Below the pieces are notes generated by a model, which was not told the origin of the DNA, searched no databases, and saw only the letters and a program-made list of their open reading frames with translations. From a virus (Duplodnaviria; Caudoviricetes): a DNA stretch of 61,171 bases. The stretch lies in the IMG/VR virus record IMGVR_UViG_3300032753_002656, positions 1 to 61,171 of that record; one strand, written 5' to 3'. Positions 17,445-27,044 of this stretch are shown here, in pieces. Numbering within the stretch: the stretch's first letter is position 1; each line of letters starts with the position of its first letter. The translations under genes were made by a program, and so were the position numbers.

Positions 17445-18956
17445 TTATTTATATAAACCAATCGACATACGATGGAGGGATTCGTTCCTGCCTAAAATTT
17501 CCATTGTTGTTAATAGATCTGGCCCAGGTATTCCCTTCCCTACCAATTTACGTAATTCTGGCATAATAAATTTCTCTTTCTCGCCATGCACAAGCGCTAC
17601 CTTATCAAGTATCTCTTTTATTTTATCCTTTTTCCAATCTAAATGATGTACGCTAAGTCCCAATTTAATAATATCCTGAAGCATAACCATTTCTGTAGTC
17701 CAAACTATAGGATTATTACCTTCTTCCTTTGGAGGTAATAATCCACGATTAAATATTTCTACTACCTTATTAAGATCTGAAAATAATACACTTCTGGCTT
17801 TGGCCAGATTAATAATTTGTTCTTGCTTTTCTTTGTTATCATTATAGAAAGGATCAATGTATACCTTATCCAAAAGAACTGAATTAGGAAGGATATTACT
17901 AATATATTGGCTATTGAAATATTTAGCTTTCTCAATGTCAAATTTAGCACCTCCAAGATGAACGTCTGATAGCTCAAACATTTCTATCATGTCTTCCATA
18001 GACATCATCTCATTATGTATTTTTGGAGTCCATCCTAAAAGGACTAAAAAGTTCAGTAGTGCGGAGGGATCATAGCCAAGCTCCATAAATCCATTACTTC
18101 CTACTACGGATCCGTCATCATTTATCATAACAGCATCCATTGGAAATACTGGTACTCCTAATTTGATAGCACTTCTTTTAGAAAGCTTACCCTTCCCATT
18201 AGGATTAAGTATTAGTGGAAGATGTGCAAATTCTGGTGTATCCCAGCCCATAGCTTCATAAATAAGATAATGGAGACCAAGGGATGAAAGCCATTCTTCT
18301 CCCCGAATAACATGAGTTGTCCCCATATCATGGTCATCCGCACAATTGGCAAGATGATAAGTTGGTATACCATCAGATTTAACAAGGACTTTATCATCCA
18401 TGTCATTTGTGTTATATTTAATTGGTCCCCTAATAATATCATTAACTATGAACTCTCGATTTTCTGGGGTTTTAAAACGAATGACATAAGGTCCATTTAG
18501 CATCTCCCTTACTTCATTTACATTCATAGTTAATGAGTTTCTCATTGTCATTCGAAACTTGGAATTATAAATGAAATTGGTATGTCCCTTTTCCCCCATA
18601 TTACTTAATCTCGCATTCTCAATATATTCGGGAGTATCGAAGGCATAGTAAGCATGGCCTGTTAGTAACAATTTGTTAATATGTTCAGTATAATCCCTTT
18701 CTGATTGACGATATTTTTTACAACCATCTATCCAAGGGGCAGCATCTGGTATAAGTCCAAACCATTCCAAAGAATTTTTGATATACTCCTCTGCATCAGA
18801 AACAAATCTTTTAGTATCAGTATCCTCAATACGAACATAAAAGGTTCCTTCGTGCTTTTTTGCGAAAAGGTAATTATATAATGCAGTCCTAATTCCTCCA
18901 ATATGGAGGAATCCGGTCGGACTTGGCGCGAAGCGGGTAACAACTTTTTTATTCAT
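17445..18956 (-). CDS. gltX: Glutamyl-tRNA synthetase
   Basis: RFAPSPTGFLHIGG, RIEDTD, PTYHLA..DDHDMGTTHVIRGEEW, KLSKR. Confidence 0.96.
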   Translation of the reverse strand: MNKKVVTRFAPSPTGFLHIGGIRTALYNYLFAKKHEGTFYVRIEDTDTKRFVSDAEEYIKNSLEWFGLIPDAAPWIDGCKKYRQSERDYTEHINKLLLTGHAYYAFDTPEYIENARLSNMGEKGHTNFIYNSKFRMTMRNSLTMNVNEVREMLNGPYVIRFKTPENREFIVNDIIRGPIKYNTNDMDDKVLVKSDGIPTYHLANCADDHDMGTTHVIRGEEWLSSLGLHYLIYEAMGWDTPEFAHLPLILNPNGKGKLSKRSAIKLGVPVFPMDAVMINDDGSVVGSNGFMELGYDPSALLNFLVLLGWTPKIHNEMMSMEDMIEMFELSDVHLGGAKFDIEKAKYFNSQYISNILPNSVLLDKVYIDPFYNDNKEKQEQIINLAKARSVLFSDLNKVVEIFNRGLLPPKEEGNNPIVWTTEMVMLQDIIKLGLSVHHLDWKKDKIKEILDKVALVHGEKEKFIMPELRKLVGKGIPGPDLLTTMEILGRNESLHRMSIGLYK

Positions 18957-18977
18957 TTAAACACAAAATTTAATATA

Positions 18978-19010
18978 CAAATATAATGATAAAAATCTGA
19001 ATAGCACAGA
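18978..19010 (-). promoter_or_regulatory. Bacteroidota-type promoter of gltX
   Basis: Sense TATTCAGATTTTTATCATTATATTTGTA. Confidence 0.7.
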
Positions 19011-19094
19011 TAATTTTCATATATTTTTTATAAGATATAATGGTACTTTATGGATCGGATTAAAGGAACCAAATTTCTTTAAGATATATAGAAT

Positions 19095-19772
19095 ATGTAT
19101 AAAAGAAATTGTCATTCTTGTAATAAAGATATGGAATATAAAAATAAAAGAAAATATTATTTAGCAGAAAAAAATAATGGTATTTGTCAATCCTGCTCAA
19201 AAAAAGGAAAAAATAATCCAATGTTTGGTATTATTGGAATAAATAATTCTAGATATGGTAAACCGCAAGAAAATCTTAAAGGTGATAATAATCCTGCTAA
19301 AAGATCTGAAGTAAGAGCATTAATATCCGAAAGAAATAAAGGAAGGGTTTCCCCGATGAAAGGTAAGCACCACACAAATAAATCTATATCTGAAATATCA
19401 AAATCTAATTTAGGACAAAAAAGAGATCAGGAAACAATAGAAAAAATTAAAATTGCTAGAAGTAAGCAAATTGGAGAAAAATGTCCTGGGTGGAAAGGAG
19501 GTATTACTTTAACGATTAAAAATATTAGAAATTGTGATCATTATAAGAAATGGAGAATATTAGTAATAGAAAGGGATAATTATATCTGCCAAAAATGTAA
19601 ATTAAACAGCGCAAAATTAGAGGTCCATCATATAATTGGTGTACATGAAAGACTGGATTTAATTTGTAATCTATCTAATGGAATTACTCTTTGTAAGGAA
19701 TGCCATAATAAATTCCATAAAGAATATGGTCTTAAAAATTTTCCTGATATAAAGAAGGCTTGGAATTTATAG
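19095..19772 (+). mobile_element. Free-standing HNH homing endonuclease with NUMOD3-like repeats
   Basis: KGKNNPMFG / KGDNNPAK / GWKGGIT, then RDNYICQKC..LEVHHI..NGITLCKECHNKFH. Confidence 0.85.
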
Positions 19773-20810
19773 CTCCCATTTTGTTTTATCAACTCCAATA
19801 AAAGATTTTATAGATTTTATTGCAGATGAACTAATATGTTCATATTCTTTATCACAAAATAAGGAAACAACTTGTATATTTTTGTTAAATTCTTGTAACC
19901 ATCTATATTGATTCAATTCATAGGATAGATCAGTACTATTTCGAATACCCCTGATAACAGTTAAAGGATAATCCTTAGTATTTAGGTAATCTGTAAGTAA
20001 ACCAGTATAATTATCTATTTGATACCTATCTTTAATAGGTGAAGGAAGATCTGTAATAATTGCTCCCTTCTTTTCTGGATTAACACCCCTGGAAATAATT
20101 ACTTTATCAAATATCATTTCCGCTTTTTCTATTATATTTAAATGACCAACCGTGAATGGATTAAAGCTTCCGGGATATGTTGCTATTTTAGGTTCCCAAA
20201 CAGAAAGTGTATTATAAGCAGCCTCAATATTCTTTTGTGCCTGATCCCCCATAAATGCAACCTTAGGACCATAGCTTTTAAAAAATTCCATTCGTCCCTT
20301 TCTAAAATCTGAAAAGTCTACCCAATAATATTCCTTCATAATTTGTTTGGTATTTTCCCAGAATTGCGGGAATGGAATAGTTAGCCTCTCCAGATCCGAT
20401 TTGATCATAATTTTAACATATTCAGGAAGGGATTCACTATAATTGTGCTCTTTAGTAGCAATAATCATTTCCTTGACCTTTGCTTCAATCCTTTGCCATT
20501 TTTCCCATTCTTCTGGGCTTTCTATTGAAAATGGACCAATTGCATGCTCGAATACGGCAAATGAATCTTCCTCATTTGTTTTAGATCTTGTGTCATAAAC
20601 AACATCGTGAAAAATAATCGCGAAATATAATGCGGCTTTATCCTCATCTGATAAACGGCTGCAATTAAGATCCGCATAATTCAGCATCTCTAATACATGC
20701 CAAAGGTTATGGTAATATCTATTACCCCCATTATACGAATCACACACATGTTTAATAACATCAGCGGGGAACTTAAAAAATTCTAAAATTTCTACTACTC
20801 TATTTTTCAT
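19767..20810 (-). CDS. coaD: HD-type phosphohydrolase fused to phosphopantetheine adenylyltransferase
   Basis: N-terminal RYYHNLWH..FHDVVYD..NEEDS..ATKEH; C-terminal YPGSFNPFTVGHLNII..IRGIR..ISSSAIK. Confidence 0.8.
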   Translation of the reverse strand: MKNRVVEILEFFKFPADVIKHVCDSYNGGNRYYHNLWHVLEMLNYADLNCSRLSDEDKAALYFAIIFHDVVYDTRSKTNEEDSFAVFEHAIGPFSIESPEEWEKWQRIEAKVKEMIIATKEHNYSESLPEYVKIMIKSDLERLTIPFPQFWENTKQIMKEYYWVDFSDFRKGRMEFFKSYGPKVAFMGDQAQKNIEAAYNTLSVWEPKIATYPGSFNPFTVGHLNIIEKAEMIFDKVIISRGVNPEKKGAIITDLPSPIKDRYQIDNYTGLLTDYLNTKDYPLTVIRGIRNSTDLSYELNQYRWLQEFNKNIQVVSLFCDKEYEHISSSAIKSIKSFIGVDKTKWEL

Positions 20811-21385
20811 AATACTTCTTCTTTAAAATATTTTTCCTTCCACTGTTTAACAATTTCCCTGCCCTCTTCTGTGTCCCAGCTCCAAGCAACTGCTTGGTGT
20901 ATTTCTTTAGCGGGGACTTTGCAGCAGGTTCTCCTACCTTCAAAGGGTTTTAGACCAATATCATGAAGTTGACAAAGTCCATCTGCAGACTGAAAATTGC
21001 ATCCATTACGAACGCCCATTGTTCCTGTAGCTAAGCTCCCTATTTCCTTCAGCATAAATTCCATCATTTTCATAGGATCCGCTTTAGCCAGTTGCTCCTC
21101 ATCCATACTAAGAATTTCAACATCTGGAGCAAATGTTGATTCCTTACCAGGTGTTGCCGGCGCGATAATAAAAATATGCCCACCATCTTCTTTACTTCTT
21201 CCCCACATATCTAACATAAGCCGATCACCATACCCAGAATCCATAAGATTTTTTACCTCCTGCGGAGTTGGCCAACAGGGTCTTTTACAAAAAGCAACTC
21301 CTTTTGTACAGCCCTTACATTCATTGTAATCTTGGCTAAAATCATTGATATTTGGAACTAATGTCCCGATGTCTTTTTTGTTCAT
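20807..21385 (-). CDS. Cys-cluster protein (YkgJ/CxxCxxCC-like)
   Basis: CKGC..FCKRPC..CNF..LCQLH..KP..TCC. Confidence 0.6.
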   Translation of the reverse strand: MNKKDIGTLVPNINDFSQDYNECKGCTKGVAFCKRPCWPTPQEVKNLMDSGYGDRLMLDMWGRSKEDGGHIFIIAPATPGKESTFAPDVEILSMDEEQLAKADPMKMMEFMLKEIGSLATGTMGVRNGCNFQSADGLCQLHDIGLKPFEGRRTCCKVPAKEIHQAVAWSWDTEEGREIVKQWKEKYFKEEVL

Positions 21386-21566
21386 CCTGATTTTCGATTG
21401 GTTTCCAATGTGTTATTTTCCATTTAACTAGAACATGTTGTCTAATTAGTGGCGTTTCAAAATATGTTTCCCAATAATGGATATCCCCCATTCTAGATTG
21501 CTTTTTTACTTCTACCATAGTTCCTAGAGGAGGTAGTGCAAAATTAATAGAGATCCATTCATCCAT
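21342..21566 (-). CDS. DUF551-like protein
   Basis: WISINFALP...ITHWKPI. Confidence 0.7.
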   Translation of the reverse strand: MDEWISINFALPPLGTMVEVKKQSRMGDIHYWETYFETPLIRQHVLVKWKITHWKPIENQDEQKRHRDISSKYQ

Positions 21567-21578
21567 TGGTATTAGAAT

Positions 21579-22007
21579 TTAATTTTTGATAGCATCTGGT
21601 AATAATACTACCTGTGCTTCGTGCAATAATGTTTCTGCAACATCTGGAGATACCCATTGAAAGGCATCAATTTCAAATGTTTCAATTCCTTCTTTATTAA
21701 TGAAGCAGCTATCACAACGGGTTGTTAGTGTTTTTGAATCCTCCTCTAATTGAATAGAATATGCATAAATTTTCTTCTTTCCTGATTTGTAAACATTACA
21801 ACCTACATACTTAATTTTTGTTGGATCTAATACTAATGAAGTTTCTTCTACGACTTCTCGTAGTGCTGCTACCTCTGGAGTTTCTTCCGAGTCAGGCTCT
21901 CCCTTTGGTATTGACCAAAGATTTTTATTAAATGGAAATCCAGTAGGATGAGCTATTAATAGCAATCCATTTTTGTCAAAAATAAATACTCCACAGGTTA
22001 TTTTCAT
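21579..22007 (-). CDS. NUDIX hydrolase
   Basis: WSIPKGEPDSEETPEVAALREVVEETSL Nudix box. Confidence 0.9.
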   Translation of the reverse strand: MKITCGVFIFDKNGLLLIAHPTGFPFNKNLWSIPKGEPDSEETPEVAALREVVEETSLVLDPTKIKYVGCNVYKSGKKKIYAYSIQLEEDSKTLTTRCDSCFINKEGIETFEIDAFQWVSPDVAETLLHEAQVVLLPDAIKN

Positions 22008-22351
22008 ATAGTATTTTCCTTCTCTGTATTTTCCCTTTCAGCTATAATTAGCCGAAGCTCCTTAATCCTTTTCTTTGAATTGATAATTTTTATTTCCTGC
22101 TCTTCAATCATTTTTTGTGGATCGTTGTGCTTATTCCAGTATTTGGCCGCATCCGCATGATCCCCGCCGCCCATTTCCTGAAATCTAGTTTTACATTTAG
22201 GACATTCTCCACCTCTTAATGGAGGACCTTGTCCATCTTCGTAATTATAAAGACGGATATCTTCATTACCACATCTGAAACATGGTGCAACTGAAAATTT
22301 TATAACTTCTTCTGTTTTTTTTGTATGTACTCGTACTACCTGTTGTATCAT
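22004..22351 (-). CDS. Lar-like zinc-ribbon protein
   Basis: PCFRCG..ECPKC..AAKYWN. Confidence 0.6.
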   Translation of the reverse strand: MIQQVVRVHTKKTEEVIKFSVAPCFRCGNEDIRLYNYEDGQGPPLRGGECPKCKTRFQEMGGGDHADAAKYWNKHNDPQKMIEEQEIKIINSKKRIKELRLIIAERENTEKENTI

Positions 22352-23196
22352 TTACTTCTATATTTTAAATATAAACAAATTGAAATATCTTGTGGTGATA
22401 GATAAATTCCACTTTGGATTACTTCTGGGTCTTTTGCAATATAGTTCAAATAGGATTGATAAATGTAATCAACAGATACCCCAAAACAAAGACCCCCTAT
22501 AATTCTTACATCTGCACTATTAAGGCTTCTGAAATTAGTATTATCAGCCCAACCCACATCCTCATTTGGATTTCTTGTCCAGGTTTTTAGGCTTGGCTGA
22601 AATGTTTGCGAAGACGTGATAGTAGTAGAACCACTAGTAAAAACAAACTTCAAGCGGAGAGAAGTTCGTAATGAAAGATTATCTTTTTTTGGAATAGAAT
22701 TAGCTATAACAAGGGACTCGTAATAATCTGGCATAATCACATCGCTCAATTCAAGCATTATTGTTTTATTGATACCTGATGTAGAATTTGTTATTTTAGA
22801 ATTAATTAATTTGTATGATGGTCCAATTCCTAGATTATAACGAAGATTTATTTTTCTGAGCTGGGAATGTTCTATTTCCGAAAATAACATTACTTTCCAT
22901 TTATCATCAAAACGATGTGATATATGGGATACCATATAAAATTCATTCTGCTTAGATGGGGTTGATGTTGGTGTAATAGGATAGGGATAAGAAATCATAT
23001 ATCTATACGAGGGAGCAATAGACCAATCTTTCTTTTTATGTATTCCCTTTGCTTCTGCCGAAACATTATAACTATGATTTTTTATGTTACCATCGGATAA
23101 TTGAGCCCCTCCTTGAATGGAACAAATTAATGTATCCCCAAATCCATAAGAAGTTGAAGAATACAATATTAATCCACAAATGATTAATTTTCTCAT
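22348..23196 (-). CDS. DUF481-like outer-membrane beta-barrel protein
   Basis: Signal peptide; GN..S...EHSQLRKINLRYNLGIGPSY; terminal amphipathic strand ICLYLKY. Confidence 0.6.
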   Translation of the reverse strand: MRKLIICGLILYSSTSYGFGDTLICSIQGGAQLSDGNIKNHSYNVSAEAKGIHKKKDWSIAPSYRYMISYPYPITPTSTPSKQNEFYMVSHISHRFDDKWKVMLFSEIEHSQLRKINLRYNLGIGPSYKLINSKITNSTSGINKTIMLELSDVIMPDYYESLVIANSIPKKDNLSLRTSLRLKFVFTSGSTTITSSQTFQPSLKTWTRNPNEDVGWADNTNFRSLNSADVRIIGGLCFGVSVDYIYQSYLNYIAKDPEVIQSGIYLSPQDISICLYLKYRSK

Positions 23197-23489
23197 ATGG
23201 AATTTTTTCGAGCTTCTCTAATTTGTTTTGCTCTTTCTAAGAAAGAATTACCTATTTTTTCCATTTCCTCTACAGTAAAGGAAAGTATCATTGTTTTTAT
23301 TAAGTTTTCTTGATCCGAGGGTTCTGAATATATTTTAGTGTCCTCAATAGTTAGAGAATTATATTCTCCTGCTTTCCCTAAAATAGTAATTAATAACAAT
23401 CGATGCCCTTCATTAGTTATTACTAAATCCTGAAAAGAAGAATTGTCAGCATATTTGAAGTCCCCTACCATTTTAAGATTATCTGCCAT
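23193..23489 (-). CDS. Hypothetical protein
   Basis: 98 aa in operon. Confidence 0.6.
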   Translation of the reverse strand: MADNLKMVGDFKYADNSSFQDLVITNEGHRLLLITILGKAGEYNSLTIEDTKIYSEPSDQENLIKTMILSFTVEEMEKIGNSFLERAKQIREARKNSI

Positions 23490-23491
23490 AT

Positions 23492-24667
23492 TTAAACTTT
23501 TTCTATCTCATACATTCCCAATAACTTCATTCCATGTATTAGATCATCTAATAAAGGCTGGAATAATATTTGATTTTCTGGATTATCCTTAATATGATTA
23601 GTAATATATAATTGATTAATTAGTTTTGCATGCTCGACTAACTCATCAAATAACAAATTTGGAGCTATTAATGTTCTAGCCTTTAATAGCTTAAACTCTA
23701 AAACATTACTATTGAATTCTTCAATCCTCTGAGGTTTAAGTCCTGCAGATTTGATCCTTGCGAGAGTATAGCTAAGATACAAGCCAAAAGAAGTTTTGAC
23801 GTTATCAATTTGATTCATTTTAATATCCTTCATGGAAGATAGATCATATTTGAGTATATGACCACATAAAACATTCCATGTTAGATCAAAATCATTATTA
23901 AACTTCTCTTGTACTTGTTTTAGAATCTCTGCCATTAGAATAACATTTCCCTCTGACGATGACATTTTCTTCCCATCAACTGTTACCAAACCAAGCCCAA
24001 TATGTTTAATATCAGGAAACATATCCTTTAATAAAGAAAAATGCCCATTTTGCTCTAATCCCGTAACGTATAAGGTTGGAGAATTTAATTTAGTTGCTAA
24101 AGCTACATCCTGGTAAAAATATGTACTAACACCTGTTGATTTTAAACCTACTATTTTTTGATCCCCAATCTCAAATATTTTTGTCCCTTCATAGTCTCCT
24201 GTACCCTCTTTGAGAGAAGAAGAATCTAATGTTTGGGCAGAGGCGAAATAAATGTCGTCTATATAATAGTCATACTGCATACAATAATATTTATATGCCT
24301 TAAGAGCTTCATCCTTAGTAACAGAACCCTCCAAAGTGTCCCCTAAGATAGCAATAGTTTTTTCTGTAATTCCTAAACATTGTAATGTTTTGGCAATGAT
24401 CAAATTAGATAGATGCCCTAAATGGAGTTCCTTATTTAGGTTAGGACTAAAAAAATCTCCATATTTATAAATTTTAGGTTCCTCAAAAAGATCTTTAATA
24501 TTAACACCTAATGGTAGTGTGATATTATTGTACGGACCAGTAGATTGAATTTTTAAGCCCCAATATTTTATCCATTCTAGAATTTCTTCTGTTGGATCTC
24601 CATAAACAGAAAAACCAAAAGTTAAATTTTTTGGAACAAGCTTTATTTTATTTATGTTGAGCCTCAT
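23492..24667 (-). CDS. argS: Arginyl-tRNA synthetase, compact form
   Basis: FSPNLNKELHLGHL, KSTG..TYFYQDVA, YVTGLEQNGHF, KKMSSSEGN, YLSYTLARIKS, GMKLLGM..EKV; start moved to ATG 24667 because the track start overlaps the promoter. Confidence 0.9.
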   Translation of the reverse strand: MRLNINKIKLVPKNLTFGFSVYGDPTEEILEWIKYWGLKIQSTGPYNNITLPLGVNIKDLFEEPKIYKYGDFFSPNLNKELHLGHLSNLIIAKTLQCLGITEKTIAILGDTLEGSVTKDEALKAYKYYCMQYDYYIDDIYFASAQTLDSSSLKEGTGDYEGTKIFEIGDQKIVGLKSTGVSTYFYQDVALATKLNSPTLYVTGLEQNGHFSLLKDMFPDIKHIGLGLVTVDGKKMSSSEGNVILMAEILKQVQEKFNNDFDLTWNVLCGHILKYDLSSMKDIKMNQIDNVKTSFGLYLSYTLARIKSAGLKPQRIEEFNSNVLEFKLLKARTLIAPNLLFDELVEHAKLINQLYITNHIKDNPENQILFQPLLDDLIHGMKLLGMYEIEKV

Positions 24668-24688
24668 TATTATAACTTTATTACATAG

Positions 24689-24767
24689 CAAATATAATAA
24701 AAAGTTTCTGAATAGAAAAATCTATTCAGACGAATTATAATGAAATAGTGTTAAAATTATGTTAAGG
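24689..24767 (-). promoter_or_regulatory. argS promoter with overlapping hairpin and TTAACA-N5-TTAACA box
   Basis: TATATTTG 24689-24696; inverted repeat tctgaataga-aaaa-tctattcaga 24707-24730; sense CCTTAACATAATTTTAACAC. Confidence 0.7.
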
Positions 24768-24819
24768 AAGGATTTCCCAAAAAATCTAGTAGAAAAATAT
24801 TCCATCTTAGTTATAGATA

Positions 24820-25047
24820 TTAATTTCTGCCGGATTTTTTTATTATATTGAAAACAAAAATAGGCCATAAAAAAATGAATAGAAAAAGTATGAATTTTCT
24901 CCATCCCGTTTCTGATAATTGTTTTTTATCATCGTTTTGATATTTCATTCTTAGTGCCGCAATGATAAGATCTAATTTATCCATCATCAGGAAGGAGAAA
25001 AGTATACCAAGAACTAAGTACCAAGAAAATATTTTTATTTCCAACAT
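24820..25047 (-). CDS. Small membrane protein (2 TM)
   Basis: Two hydrophobic segments. Confidence 0.6.
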   Translation of the reverse strand: MLEIKIFSWYLVLGILFSFLMMDKLDLIIAALRMKYQNDDKKQLSETGWRKFILFLFIFLWPIFVFNIIKKSGRN

Positions 25048-25048
25048 A

Positions 25049-25639
25049 TTATCTTATTGATTTGATTATTATTTTTCCATCTACTGGACGAGGTATCCAT
25101 GTTGTGTGATGTATAAGACCAGGACCTCCTATTTCCCCTACTGATCTTAATCCTCCACTGATAACTGTTCCAGCTTCTTTCATCTGGATAGAAGCTATCC
25201 ACTCAGACTGAATGGCTTGTGAATATAGATCGATTGATTCGAGTAATGTACCAACTAATCCTTTTTCTATAAACCGAAGTGTTTTAGCCATAAATAACAT
25301 GGATGCCCTAACATCTTCGTTTGTATAGGTCTTTCTTGATGGAATCATTGCTTCTATTGAAGCTTTGTCCAATTTCCACATATTTGTTAATTCCCCCGTG
25401 GATGCGATTATCTTATATCCATCATGAATTGTATCATTTGCCGAATCAACCCGAAAAATATCCATTGAACCAGTAGTTAGACGCTCCATGAAATATTCTC
25501 CATTATTATAGGCCATATGATTGTCTAATAAATAGTAATCATTTCCAAACTTAACTAATTTGTGGTCCATGTCCATAAGTGAACTTGAAAGATAGAGATA
25601 ATCCTCATCAGTGAGTGTTTTTGTAATTTTATTGTTCAT
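25049..25639 (-). CDS. Hypothetical protein
   Basis: 196 aa; YKIIAST motif typical of Bacteroidota phage ORFs. Confidence 0.65.
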   Translation of the reverse strand: MNNKITKTLTDEDYLYLSSSLMDMDHKLVKFGNDYYLLDNHMAYNNGEYFMERLTTGSMDIFRVDSANDTIHDGYKIIASTGELTNMWKLDKASIEAMIPSRKTYTNEDVRASMLFMAKTLRFIEKGLVGTLLESIDLYSQAIQSEWIASIQMKEAGTVISGGLRSVGEIGGPGLIHHTTWIPRPVDGKIIIKSIR

Positions 25640-25642
25640 ATT

Positions 25643-26566
25643 CTATTTTTTAATAGTCCTTAATGCTGTTAGTAATCCTGCAACTAATGCAGAGTATTCA
25701 GTTTTAAACTTATCAAGACATAATCCCAGATTGTCCCTTTTATATTTTCCAATCCAATCGAGTGAAAAAATCCATCCCCCCGTAAACTTTGGAGATTCAT
25801 CAGGCATACCAAAATCTATATCTTGACTTGTTGTTAGTAATAATCGATGTTCCATCTTTAACCAGCGACTAACCTGCGACCATAAAGGAGCTTGTGTTAT
25901 TTCTGGAGTAAAGAATGTTGTGTGGATATATTCTGGATGGTTCTCTATAGATTCTTGTCCCAGCATATTGAATTGGCCTGTACTATTATCATACCAAGCT
26001 AAACATGGTAAATCAAATCTGGCATCCTTTAATAATTTAGACAATTCAAAAGGAACAAATTCTTCGTGAATGTCATAAAAGTCAGAGGGCTTATGATTTT
26101 TGAAAATTAGTTCTTCTATGTTCTTTAGGTCTTTTGGCTTGTCCTTATCTAGCCACCAACCATCCCAATTACCGCGATAGCCCTTTTCATACCACTCTAT
26201 ATGTAGCATTGACATTGGTTTTCCTTTGTCCTTTAATAGAATAGTAAGGATATTACCAATTAAACTTCCTTCTTCTATAGAATCTCCAATTTTTAATGCT
26301 ATATTTGGCTCTAATTCTCCATAAAGGATAACACCAGATTCCCCTTCGACCGCTACACATTTTGTTTCTGCCCACCAAGGCATTCCAATAGATGCACCTG
26401 TAAATGGTGCGATGTCTGTAACAATTCCATCTTCAAAAGCGTACACAGGAGTTCCAGGATCACAAAATAAATCAACCCCAGTATGGTAATCATGTTTTCT
26501 TTTAGCTCCCCATCTGTTTGCTGTGGGGACGTCTTCTAAATGATAATATTTTTTAATTGGAAACAT
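25643..26566 (-). CDS. M23 metallopeptidase fused to an unrelated C-terminal phage domain
   Basis: HTGVDL..GTPVYAFEDG..MLHIE, then FVPFELSKLLKDARFDLPCLAWY..APLWSQVSRWL. Confidence 0.75.
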   Translation of the reverse strand: MFPIKKYYHLEDVPTANRWGAKRKHDYHTGVDLFCDPGTPVYAFEDGIVTDIAPFTGASIGMPWWAETKCVAVEGESGVILYGELEPNIALKIGDSIEEGSLIGNILTILLKDKGKPMSMLHIEWYEKGYRGNWDGWWLDKDKPKDLKNIEELIFKNHKPSDFYDIHEEFVPFELSKLLKDARFDLPCLAWYDNSTGQFNMLGQESIENHPEYIHTTFFTPEITQAPLWSQVSRWLKMEHRLLLTTSQDIDFGMPDESPKFTGGWIFSLDWIGKYKRDNLGLCLDKFKTEYSALVAGLLTALRTIKK

Positions 26567-26567
26567 A

Positions 26568-27044
26568 CTATAAATTTTTATTAAACAAATTATTTATGGT
26601 TTCCCATTTTGAATATGTTGTATCAGTCTCACCCTCATATCGATTATATAGGGTCTGGAAATCCTTTGACATGTCCTCTATCCAATCCCATTCTCCTTTA
26701 TCCACTAAATCAAGAAAATAATTTAGTTGTTCGTGAGTTCCATATAAATGGTAAATTCTTGATAAATCTTCGTGGCTATATCTAAATCCATCAATTTTAA
26801 ATATGCCAAACTGACAATTTTCTTGATCCTCTGGCCAAATTGCATAGGTAAAATTACCTTTCCTAAACCAGATCATACCAAAGCCATGATTTCCAATTCC
26901 CTGATATCCACGTTTTATTAACTTATTTTTGATAATTTCTACTTCCTTCTTTAACCAATCAATTAACATTTCCTCGTGTATTTCATCGGGAACGCTAAAC
27001 ATATCACGAGTAAAGTCAGAAAAAACTATTTCATTATTTTCCAT
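26568..27044 (-). CDS. Hypothetical protein
   Basis: 158 aa in operon. Confidence 0.6.
   Translation of the reverse strand: MENNEIVFSDFTRDMFSVPDEIHEEMLIDWLKKEVEIIKNKLIKRGYQGIGNHGFGMIWFRKGNFTYAIWPEDQENCQFGIFKIDGFRYSHEDLSRIYHLYGTHEQLNYFLDLVDKGEWDWIEDMSKDFQTLYNRYEGETDTTYSKWETINNLFNKNL

Noticed and set aside
19095-19772. HNH and GIY-YIG genes as group I intron ORFs
   Set aside because: The flanking genes are complete and on the opposite strand; no split host gene is evident.
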